Positions 1 to 9,882 of a DNA stretch of 14,169 nt are shown piece by piece. Source of the stretch: Octopus sinensis. Taxonomy: Eukaryota. The position numbers were made by a program, and so were the translations under genes. Positions within the stretch are counted from its first letter, which is position 1; every line of letters begins with the position of its first letter. The stretch lies in contig NW_021825875.1 of NCBI RefSeq assembly GCF_006345805.1, positions 1-14,169 on the forward strand, in the 5' to 3' direction. Under the pieces are notes generated by a model, which saw nothing but the letters and a program-made list of their open reading frames with translations, searched no databases and was not told the DNA's origin.

Positions 1-195
1 TAGAGTAAAGAGATAAGGAGAGAGGAGAAAGAAAGAGAGAGAGAAAAAGGGGTAAAGAGAGAGAAAGTGAGAAAAGAAAGAGAAGGATAGGAATGGAAGA
101 GGGAGATAGAGAGAGAAAGAAGGAGAGAAAGAGGAAAGAAAACGAGAAAGAGAGTGAGAGACAAAGAGAGAAAAGAGAGAGAGAGAGAGAGAGAA
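1..195. repeat. Purine-rich GA/GAAA low-complexity tract ending in (GA)n
   Basis: Almost exclusively A and G, with a pure (GA)n run at about 171-193. Confidence 0.9.
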
Positions 196-239
196 ATGGA
201 ATTTCTCTATTTCACATGTCCTCACTTTCTTCATTACAG

Positions 240-395
240 ATTAATAAACCTATTGATGGTTGGAACAACTCCTTTAATGATTGCCTCTCAAGTGGGCGCC
301 GATAGAAGAATCATCGACATTTTGATAAAAGCTGGTCCGGAGTTAGAAGCGAAAGACTTCGGGGGTCAGACAGCTTTGCATTGGGCTGTGTATGG
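240..395 (+). CDS. Exon A (internal, 156 nt) of a Mind bomb-like ankyrin-repeat gene; repeats 1-2
   Basis: Pyrimidine tract plus acceptor ttcattacAG (AG 238-239) and donor GTaagt at 396. Translates LINLLMVGTTPLMIASQVGADRRIIDILIKAGPELEAKDFGGQTALHWAVY(G), with TPLM and TALH ankyrin motifs. Ends in phase 2. Confidence 0.88.
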
Positions 396-500
396 GTAAG
401 TTGAGAATCAAGTAAAATCTGCAGATGTGTTTTTGTTTGTAAATTTGTTGCAATTGCAGACACAGGTTCAATATCCAAACAGCAAAACAGCAGACTAGCA

Positions 501-523
501 AACAACAACAACAACAACAACAA
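501..523. repeat. (AAC)n microsatellite
   Basis: aacaacaacaacaacaacaacaa read directly. Confidence 0.9.
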
Positions 524-579
524 GCTTCTCTTTAGTCATCGATCCAAGTCATTAGTCATTATTCAATCATAACAATCCC

Positions 580-1350
580 GATGATGATGATGATAACGGC
601 GATGATGATGACGATGACAGTATTGATGATGTCGACCATCATGATGGTGTTGTTGATGATGTTGATGATAATGATGGAGGTGGTGATGATGATGATGTCG
701 ATCATGATGATGGTGTTGTTGATGTGTTGATGATGGAGGCGATGATGATGTGATGATGATGATGATGATGATGATGATATTGATGTCGCTGATGATGTGA
801 TTATGATTATAGTGGCGACGAATGATGATGAAGACGATGGTGGTGGCAATGAGGGGGATGATGACGATGATGATGATGATTATGATTATACTGATGATAA
901 TGAGAACAACGATGATGAGGATAACAACAATGATGATTATGATGATGTTGATGATGATGATGATGATCATGATGTTGATGATAACGACGATGATGAAGAT
1001 GATGATGGTGATGGTGATGATGATGATTATGATGATGATGACGATAATGATGATGATGACGACCATGATGATGATGATGATGATAACGACGATGATGAAG
1101 ATGATGAAGATGTTGATAATAATGATGATGATGATGATGGTGATGATAATGATGATGATGATGACGACGATGATTATTATGATGATTATCGTGATGATGA
1201 CGATGATGATGATGATGATGACGACGATGATTATTATGATGATTATGATGTTATTATTATGATGATGATGATTATTGATGAGGTTGATCTTGCTGTTGAT
1301 GATGGTGTTGATGATGATGATGATGATGATGATGATGACGATGATGATGG

Positions 1351-1387
<37 letters not shown>

Positions 1388-1768
1388 AATGATGATGATG
1401 ATATTGATTATGATGATATTGGAAATGTTGAAGATGATAATGATGATGATGGTGTTGGCAATGAGGGTGATGATGATGAAGGCTTTGATGATGATGATGA
1501 TGATGATTATGTCAATGATGGAGGTGGTGGCAATGATGATGATGGTAATGATGTTGATGAACATGATATTGATGATAATAGTGCAGGTGATGAAGATGGT
1601 GATGATGATGATGGCGATGATGATGATGGCGATGATGGCGATGATGATGATGATGATTTTGTCAATGATGGAGGTGGTGGCAATGATGATGATGGTAATG
1701 ATGTTGATGAGCATGATATGGATGATAATAGTGCAGGTGATAATGATGATGATGATGATGACGATGAT
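580..1768. repeat. Degenerate (GAT)n trinucleotide array 1 (intron 1)
   Basis: About 1.19 kb of GAT with variants GAC/AAT/GGT/GTT/TAT/GAA. Contains internal duplications, e.g. the gtcaatgatggaggtggtggcaat...agtgcaggtga block at 1511 and 1661. Confidence 0.95.
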
Positions 1769-1839
1769 GTTTCGTCTCAAAGCCAAAATATTTTCATATT
1801 TAATGTAAATTAGTCAATGTTTCTATCTTTTACTCTCAG

Positions 1840-1885
1840 GGATCAACCTCATGCAGTGGAGATCTTACTATCTCGGGGTTGTGAC
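1840..1885 (+). CDS. Exon B (46 nt) of the ankyrin-repeat gene; second helix of repeat 2
   Basis: Acceptor tcttttactctcAG (1838-1839) and donor GTaagt at 1886. The first base completes the Gly codon from exon A, then DQPHAVEILLSRGCD. Phase 2 in, phase 0 out, matching both neighbours. Confidence 0.88.
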
Positions 1886-2237
1886 GTAAGTATCTTATTT
1901 ATATCCTTTTGTATGTTCTACTGAAGACGAAAGAATCTATTATGAGATTAATTTCGAAATTGATTCAATATAGAAATAACGAACTTTTAAAAAAACATTC
2001 TATCGGCCGGCTTCTCCCGGTTTCAGTTCTTCGCGTTTTTTTTTTCTGTAGCGAGTAAATAATATGTGGAAATTGACGATTTAAAAGTCTCTTATCAGCA
2101 AATTGTCATTGAAATACTTATCTTTAGCCCTTATTTATCAGTTGTTTATAATTTAACAGTAAAGTTATTTTAATATGCTGCCACATTTTTTGATGGAATA
2201 TTTTTCTGTAAAAAAAACTTCATCCTATATTAGTATG

Positions 2238-2240
2238 TAT

Positions 2241-2272
<32 letters not shown>

Positions 2273-2363
2273 GCAAAAACTGTCTGATGAACGGCAACGA
2301 GTAACGATTTTGTTGAATTTTCTGCTGCTTTAAATAAAGTATATATATAATATATATATATTA

Positions 2364-2417
<54 letters not shown>

Positions 2418-2516
2418 TATATATATATATATAAATATGTATGCACACGTATATATGAGTATGTACACACACCACACACACCCCCACCACACACACACAC
2501 ACACACACACACATAC

Positions 2517-2571
<55 letters not shown>
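2238..2571. repeat. Compound (TA)n/(CA)n microsatellite cluster
   Basis: (TA)n at about 2238-2272 and 2340-2432, (CA)n at about 2465-2512, (TA)n at about 2522-2571. Confidence 0.9.
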
Positions 2572-2572
<1 letters not shown>

Positions 2573-2796
2573 TTCTTGAGCCCCCGTATTTTCCCCCATA
2601 TCTTTCTGGTGTTTCCTACTTTTTAATGATAATCATTGATTTTCGATGACGATTATGTTGAGAAAACAGAAGCATTTGATTAGTTTCAAACCAATCACAA
2701 CTCCAGACATAATCGTTGATTAAGACATTGAAAGGGATGGATTTTCAGAAAATTTCATTAAGAAATGTTTATATTAAAAAGCTTCATGAGGAACAT

Positions 2797-2804
<8 letters not shown>

Positions 2805-2855
<51 letters not shown>
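2805..2855. repeat. (TA)n microsatellite
   Basis: Pure AT dinucleotide run directly 5' of SINE copy 1. Confidence 0.95.
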
Positions 2856-2857
<2 letters not shown>

Positions 2858-3265
2858 CACAAGAATGGCTGTGTGGTAAGTCGCTTGCTTACAAACCACA
2901 TGGTTCCGGGTTCAGTCCCACTTGGGCAAGTGTCTTGTACTTTAGCCTCGGGCCGACCAAAGCCTTGTGAGTGGATTTGGTAGACGGAAACTGGAAGAAG
3001 CCCGTCCTATATAGTATATATATATATATATATATTTAAATTATATTTTGTGTGTTTGAGTGTGCGTGTTTGTTACTCACCATCGCTTGACAACCGATGC
3101 TGGTTGTGTTTACGCCCCCCCGTAACTTAGCGGTTCGGCAAAGAGATCGATAGAATAAGTACTAGACTTACAAGAATAAGTCCTGGTCGCAATTTCCTCG
3201 ACTAAATGTGGTGCTCCAGCATGGCCACAGTCAAATGATGGAAACAAGCAAAAGAGTAAGAAAGA
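2856..3265 (+). mobile_element. tRNA-derived SINE-like element, copy 1 (octopus-type, with internal microsatellite)
   Basis: A-box-like TGGCTGTGTGG (2866-2876) and B-box-like GGTTCAGTCCC (2909-2919). Colinear with copy 2 through shared blocks gccttgtgagtggatttggtaga, catcgcttgacaaccgatgctgg and gtgctccagcatggccac. Central (TA)/(TG) tract and A-rich tail. The family assignment comes from my recollection of octopus repeats, not a database search. Confidence 0.8.
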
Positions 3266-3282
3266 TCTATTTACACACACAC

Positions 3283-3326
<44 letters not shown>

Positions 3327-3331
3327 AGAGA

Positions 3332-3820
3332 GGCGCAGGTGTGGCTGTGTGGTAAGTAACTTGCTTACCAACCACATGGTTCCCGGTTCATTTTCACTGC
3401 ATGGCACAATGTACAAGTGTCTTCTGCTATAGCCCCAGGCTGAGCAAACCTTGTGAGTGGATTTGGTAGATGGAGACTGAAAGAAGCCCGTCGTATGTAT
3501 ATATATATATAAATATGTATAAATCTATATATGTGTGTGTGTGTGTACATATATATATATATACATATGAGTTTGTGTATGTGTGTGTGTGTTATGTGTG
3601 TCTGTGTGTACGTGCGTGTGTTCGTGTGTCTGTGTTTGTCCCCCAACATCGCTTGACAACCGATGCTGGTGTGTTTACGTCCCCGTAAACTAGCGTTTCT
3701 GCAAAAGAAACTAATAAAATAAGTACAAGGCTTATTGGGGTCGATTTGCTCGACTAAAGACAGTGCTCCAGCATGGCCACATTCACATGACTGAAACAAA
3801 TGAAAGAATAAAAGAATAAA
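3332..3820 (+). mobile_element. tRNA-derived SINE-like element, copy 2
   Basis: Starts ggcgcaggtgtggctgtgtggtaag with an A-box-like motif at 3342-3352 and a degenerate B box near 3385. Same blocks as copy 1, a longer internal (TA)/(TG) tract (about 3495-3640) and an (AAAGAATA)2 tail. Confidence 0.8.
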
Positions 3821-4149
3821 TGTAACTATGAACACACACACACACGCGAACACACACATACACACATTTTGCTGCTCTATGTGTTTATTTATTGAGTTAT
3901 TCATCCTATATATGCGTGTGTTTGTGTGTGTGTATAAATATATTTATATGTACATATGTATGTGTGTATACACGTGTGTGTATATACAATAGAAATCTCT
4001 ATTACCTACTCCCCACCCCAATCATTCCACCTGTTTATTTAATTTCATTCCTTCTCTTCTCTTTTTCTGTGAGTTTTTCTTTTAATTCTTCACCACCCGA
4101 CTCCCCTTTCAGACACCATTTTTAATGTTTTTATTCTTTTCTTTTTCAG

Positions 4150-4304
4150 GTTAATCCTCGAGATGAAGATGGTCGAACACCGCTGTACTTGGCCTGTTGG
4201 TGGGGATACTTGCACATTGTCGACATTTTGTTGGGTCACAATGGCATCGATGCCAATGTGGTTGACAACGATGGAGACACTCCACTGCATTTGGCAGTTC
4301 AGCG
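4150..4304 (+). CDS. Exon C (155 nt) of the ankyrin-repeat gene; repeats 3-4
   Basis: Long pyrimidine tract plus AG (4148-4149) and donor GTaagt at 4305. Translates VNPRDEDGRTPLYLACWWGYLHIVDILLGHNGIDANVVDNDGDTPLHLAVQ(R), a canonical ankyrin consensus. Missed by the ORF track in this frame. Confidence 0.93.
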
Positions 4305-4593
4305 GTAAGTCCCCATTGGATCTGGTATATCCAAATCTGTTTCTTTTATGTTTTCAATAATGTTTGTTTCTTTTTCATTCAGTCATTCATGTCATAATCC
4401 CACCATGGGGTCATTGTCTTTCTTCTCACTTTCGCACTGAATGAACACTGTAATCTACTTTATTAATTAATCATCACCATAATTGTTATTGTTGTTGCCT
4501 GACTGGACACATTACTTCATCTCGTTCTCCATTTCCTCAACGTCACAGGTTCAAATCCTCTCTCTTCTTCTTTTCATCCCATCTAGAACTACT

Positions 4594-4638
4594 TTCTCTC
4601 TCTCTCTCTCTCTCTCTCTTTCTTCCTCACTCTCTCTC
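4594..4638. repeat. (TC)n microsatellite
   Basis: tctctc run read directly. Confidence 0.85.
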
Positions 4639-4946
4639 CTTTGTAGTTTCCCTATTTACTCCGACCCTGGGCTAAATAGAGAATCATCCCCTTACAGTAT
4701 TTACATTTGTCTCTTTATGTCCCATGTTCAAATCCTACCAGAATATTTACTATCACTCTGGGGTCAATATAATCTGTACCAGTAATACCCAGGGGTTCCT
4801 TTAATAAACTGTCTTCCATCTTTTCTCCTGTTCTTGTTTCTTATTACTTTCAGAGGAAATAAATTGTGTTATTTTATTTACGACTCTTTCCGTTCAGTGT
4901 GTGTGTGTGCCTAAGTATAGAACTTAAATACTGGAAAACTCACTAA

Positions 4947-5832
4947 GATGATGATGAGGAGTTATGATGATGATGATGATGATGAGGATGGTGATGATGA
5001 TGAGGATATGATGATGATGAGTATGATAATGATGAATAATGATGATGAGGAGATGAAATGATGATAATGATATGATGATGATTATGATGATGAGGATGAT
5101 GATGATGATGAGGATAAGGATGATGATGATGAGGATGATAAGGATGAGGATGATGATGATTATAATGATGATGATGATGATGAGTCATATGGATGATGAT
5201 GATGATGATGATGATGATTATGATGACGATGAGGATGAGGATGATGATGAGGATGATGATGAGGAGGATAATAATGATGATGATGAGCAAGAGGATGATG
5301 ATGATGATGGGGATGAATATAATATGATGATGATGATGATTATGATGATGATGAGGATAATGATGATAATGATGATGATGATGTGATGAGGAGGAGGATG
5401 ATGATGATGATGATATGATGATAATGATGATGAGACGACGATGATGATGATGATATGATGATGATGATATGATGATGATAGTGATAATGATGATGATGAT
5501 GGTGATGATGATGATTACGATGATGATGATGATATGAGATGATGATGACGATGATGATGATATGATGATGATGAAGAATATGATAATGATAATGATGATG
5601 ATAGGAAGGATGATAATGATGTTGATGATGATGATGATGATGATGATGCTGATGATAAAGCTGCTGGTGATGATGATGATGAGGATTATAAGGATGGATG
5701 ATGATGATGATGATGATGTTGATGATGATGATGACGATGAGGATGATGACGATGAGGATGATGATGATGATGATGATGAGGATGATAATGATGTTGAGGA
5801 TGATAATGATGAGGAGGAAGATGATGATGATT

Positions 5833-5866
<34 letters not shown>

Positions 5867-6574
5867 GGATGATGATTAGGAGGAGGATGATGATGATTAT
5901 GATGATAATGATGCTGATGATGATGAAGATAATGATGATGATGAGGATGATGATGATGACGATGATGATGATGATGATGATGATGATGATAATGATGAGG
6001 AGGATGAGGATGATGATGATGATGAGGATGATAATGATGATGATGATTATGATGATAATGATGATGATTGAGGATGATGATGATGATGATGAGGATAATG
6101 ATGATGATGATGATGATGGTGATAAGGATGAGGATGATGATGATGATGATGATGATTGATGATGATGATATAATGATGATGTGATGATGATGATTATGAT
6201 GAGGATGAGTGATATGATGAGATGATGATGATGAGGATAATATATGATGATGAGCAGGAGATGATGATGATGATGTGATGATAATAATTATGATGATGAT
6301 GATGATTATGATGATGATGATGATGAGGATAATGATGATAATGATGATGATGATGATGAGGAGGAGGAGGAGGAGATGATGATGATGATGATAATGTTGA
6401 TAATGATGATGATGACGACGATGATATGATGATTGAGATGAGTATGATGTTATTATTATGATGGGTGAGATGATGATTACGATGATGATGATTACGATGA
6501 TGATGATAATGATGATGATGATGATGACGATGATGATGATGATGACGATGAGGAGGAGGAGGAGGAGGATGATA

Positions 6575-6605
<31 letters not shown>

Positions 6606-6956
6606 CGATGATGATGATGATGATGATGATGATGATAATGATGATGATAAAGCTGCTGCTGATGATGATGATGAGGATTATGAGGATGGAAGATGATGAT
6701 GATGATGATGTTGATGATGATGATGACGATGAGGATGATGAAGATGATGATGATGATGATGATGATGAGGATGATAATGATGTTGAGGATAATGATGATG
6801 AGGAGGAAGATGCTGATGATGATGATGATGAGGATGATGATTAGGAGGAGGATGATGATGATTATGATGATGATGATGCTGATGATGATGAAGATAATGA
6901 TGATGATGAGGATGATGATGATGACGATGATGATGATGATGATGAGGATGAGGATG

Positions 6957-6987
<31 letters not shown>

Positions 6988-7020
6988 GGATGATAATGAT
7001 GATGAGGATGATGATGGAGG

Positions 7021-7054
<34 letters not shown>

Positions 7055-7503
7055 GGATGATGATGATGATGAGGATGATAATGATGATGATGATTATGAT
7101 GATATGATGAGGATGATGAGAGGATAATGATGATGATGATGATATGATATGATGAGATGATGATGATGATGATGATGATGATGAGGATGAGGATGAAGAT
7201 GATGATGATGATGATGAGGATGATGATGATGAGGATAATATGATGATGATGAGCAGGAGATGAGATGATGATGTGGATGATAATAAGATGATATGATGAT
7301 ATGAGATGAGGATAATGATGATAATGATGATGAGGAGGAGGAGGAGAGGAGATGAGATGATGATGATGATGAGAATGATGATATTGATGATGATGAACGA
7401 CATGATGATGAATGATGATGATGATGATGATGATGATGAGATGATGATATGAGATGATTAGAATGATGATATGATGATGATGATGAGGACGAGGAGGATG
7501 ATA

Positions 7504-7537
<34 letters not shown>

Positions 7538-7705
7538 CGATGATGATGATGATGATGATGATAATGATGATGATAAAGCTGCTGCTGATGATGATGATGA
7601 GGATTATGAGGATGGAAGATGATGATGATGATGATGTTGATGATGATGATGACGATGAAGATGATGAATATGATGATGATGATGAGGATGATGATGATGA
7701 TGATG

Positions 7706-7740
<35 letters not shown>

Positions 7741-7802
7741 AATGATGATGATGATGATGAGTATGATGTTATTATTATGATGATGGTGATGATGATGATT
7801 AC

Positions 7803-7835
<33 letters not shown>

Positions 7836-7930
7836 TGATGATGATGATGATGATGACGATGATGATGATGATGATGATGAAGATGATGATAATGATGATG
7901 ATGATGAGGAGGAGGAGGATGATAATGATG

Positions 7931-7974
<44 letters not shown>

Positions 7975-8125
7975 AAAGCTGCTGCTGCTGATGATGATGA
8001 GGATTATGAGGATGGAAGATGATGATGATGATGATGTTGATGATGATGATGACGATGAGGATGATGAAGATGATGATGATGATGATGATGATGCTGCTGC
8101 TGATGATGATGATGATGATGATGAT
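4947..8125. repeat. Degenerate (GAT)n array 2 (intron 3), about 3.2 kb, with ~1 kb higher-order units
   Basis: GAT with GAG/AAT/TAT/GAC/GCT variants and frequent phase slips (gatat, gagat). The marker gataaagctgctg recurs at 5654, 6646, 7572 and 7972. Confidence 0.95.
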
Positions 8126-8132
8126 TATCTTC

Positions 8133-8280
8133 TTTCTTATTACTTTTGAAGAAAATAAATTGTGTTATTTTATTTACGACTCTTTACGTTCTGAGTTCAA
8201 ATCCTGCCAAGGTCAACTTCTCCTTCCATCTTTGCAAGGTTGATAAAATACAATACCAGTGATGTACTGGGGTTCATATG
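8133..8280 (+). mobile_element. Fragment of a second interspersed repeat family (SINE-like, B-box-like gagttcaaatcc)
   Basis: tacgttctgagttcaaatcctgccaaggtcaacttctccttccatc...ataccagtgatgtactggggttc resembles a common octopus repeat as I recall it. A degenerate relative lies at about 4726-4798 (gttcaaatcctacc...gtaccagt...ggggttc), and the left 59 bp recur at 4837-4895. Confidence 0.5.
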
Positions 8281-8585
8281 ATTACCTGTAGCCCTTCTTT
8301 CCTTCCTAAATTTCATGTTTATATAAGCTGTCAGAATTCTTAGCAGTATTTTTCCTGTCTTTACATTTCTGGGTTTACTCAGGTGTGTATATATCATTGT
8401 TCTACTGTGTAGAGTGTGTATTGAATAAATATATATGTGTGTGAGTATGTGTGTAATAATTGCTGTAATTAAGTTATTGTGATCTAATTACATTTGTTTT
8501 CTTTATTGACCTAATAACTATTATCTCAAGCTGTGTGATGTTTGCTTTTTTTTCATGTTTTTCTTTCCTCATCCATTACTTTCAG

Positions 8586-8622
8586 TTGCAAGTATAAAGT
8601 GGTGTCTGTGATGCTGAAGCAG
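8586..8622 (+). CDS. Exon D (37 nt mini-exon) of the ankyrin-repeat gene; second helix of repeat 4
   Basis: Pyrimidine-rich acceptor cattactttcAG (8584-8585) and donor GTtagt at 8623. Completes Arg, then CKYKVVSVMLKQ. It supplies the missing helix and bridges phase 2 (exon C) to phase 0 (exon E). Confidence 0.78.
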
Positions 8623-8885
8623 GTTAGTTAATAAATACATATTATATACACTCTCCGGTATTATATTGATCTGTATAATATAAATATTACCAATGTACCA
8701 GTAAAATAATGGAATAGATTTAATCACATGTACTACAAAACCTTGTGTTTGTGGAGGAATTGTATATTGATCATGTTGATATTAGCGGTGTTGACAGTCC
8801 AACTGACCACCACCACTGATAATATATCTTTAATGGTCAAATGAAACAAGGTCATTATGAGATGAACCAAAATATAACAGATATC

Positions 8886-8888
<3 letters not shown>

Positions 8889-8946
<58 letters not shown>

Positions 8947-8954
8947 ATATATAT
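8889..8954. repeat. (TA)n microsatellite
   Basis: Read directly. Confidence 0.9.
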
Positions 8955-8960
8955 TAATTG

Positions 8961-9047
8961 TTTTAGACATTTGCCTGCGGCCATGCTGGGGCATCATCGA
9001 ATTTTTAGCCAAATACATCGATCCCAGTACTTTTTTTTATTTTAAGC
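8961..9047 (-). mobile_element. 3' fragment of the same SINE family as 2856-3820, inverted
   Basis: The reverse complement reads aagtactgggatcgat...gctaaa...tgccccagcatggccgcaggcaaatg. This matches the 3' part of copies 1 and 2 (gtgctccagcatggccacagtcaaatg). Confidence 0.7.
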
Positions 9048-9084
9048 ATATCACTTATCCTCTCAGCCTCTTTGCTGAACCACT

Positions 9085-9311
9085 ACACACACACGCACAC
9101 ACACACCCACACACACACCCATGCACACATACATAGGCACATACATAGACACATACATAGGCACACACATAGATTTTGTTCAGCCCAAGGCAAGAGTAGA
9201 ATATACTTTCCTGAGTTTCCATGCAGAGTGATTCAACGTAGAACCGTGTATGGTTGGGAAAAAAGCTCCTTTCACTACAACCATATATGGATGTGTGTCT
9301 ATCTATTTCTT

Positions 9312-9353
<42 letters not shown>

Positions 9354-9556
9354 CTATATGTCTGTCTGTCTGTCTCTCTCTCTATCTCTATCTATCTGTC
9401 TATCTATCTATCTATCTATATATATATATATATCTATCTATCTATCTATCTGTCTGTCTGTCTGTCTGTCTAACTGTCTGTCTGTCTGTCTGTCTCTCTA
9501 TATCTCTTCTTGTCTATGTATGTAAGTATGTATGTATCTATCTATCTATCTGTCTG
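9085..9556. repeat. (CA)n/(CACATACATAG)n tract and (TCTA)n/(TCTG)n compound microsatellite
   Basis: CA-type repeats at about 9085-9171; TCTA/TCTG/TATG repeats at about 9297-9556. Confidence 0.88.
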
Positions 9557-9882
9557 ATAAATTCTTTTACATGTCTGCATTAGTGTATAGGTTATAAATC
9601 ATACAGTGCCATCGTACAATTTACAAAGTAAAACAGGTATAAATGACAAGCACCTCAGTTTATAGAGTATCATGTTTACATCCATTCTTCAATGCAATAT
9701 ACATATACAAGAACAGAATTTTATTTTCAAAACGTTAATGTATGGAAGACAATAATTTACAAAATAGTTTTTTATGGAAGAGAGAAAGAGATTTAGTAAG
9801 ATATCAAAAAGGAATCAGTAAATATACATACATGCATATATACTTATATATATATATATATATACTTATACATTTATATGTA

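Noticed and set aside
240-275. Alternative reading INKPIDGW at the start of exon A, suggesting a frameshifted pseudogene (a 155-nt phase-0 exon like exon C)
   Set aside because: The uninterrupted frame xLINLLMVGTTPLMIASQ already fits the short first ankyrin repeat of MIB proteins, so no indel is needed. It cannot be fully excluded without the upstream exon.
2030-2060. Strong-looking acceptor (T)n-ctgtAG at 2050-2051 followed by cga/gtaaat
   Set aside because: It would give only a 3-nt micro-exon with a weak donor, or run into a stop. Exons B and C already join in frame.
4947-8125. Repeat-spacer (CRISPR-like) or box C (RUGAUGA) snoRNA interpretation of the arrays
   Set aside because: There are no constant-length repeats with unique spacers and no cas genes, and the context is eukaryotic. 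TGATGA is a trivial product of the GAT repeat.
559-8243. Long poly-Met, poly-Ile, poly-His/Ser and poly-Asp ORFs on both strands, e.g. 563-1786(-), 822-1262(+), 5698-6159(+), 6678-7403(-), 7471-8022(+)
   Set aside because: These are the alternative readings of (GAT)n/(ATC)n arrays, most frames of which lack stops by construction. They are intronic, with no splice or domain support.
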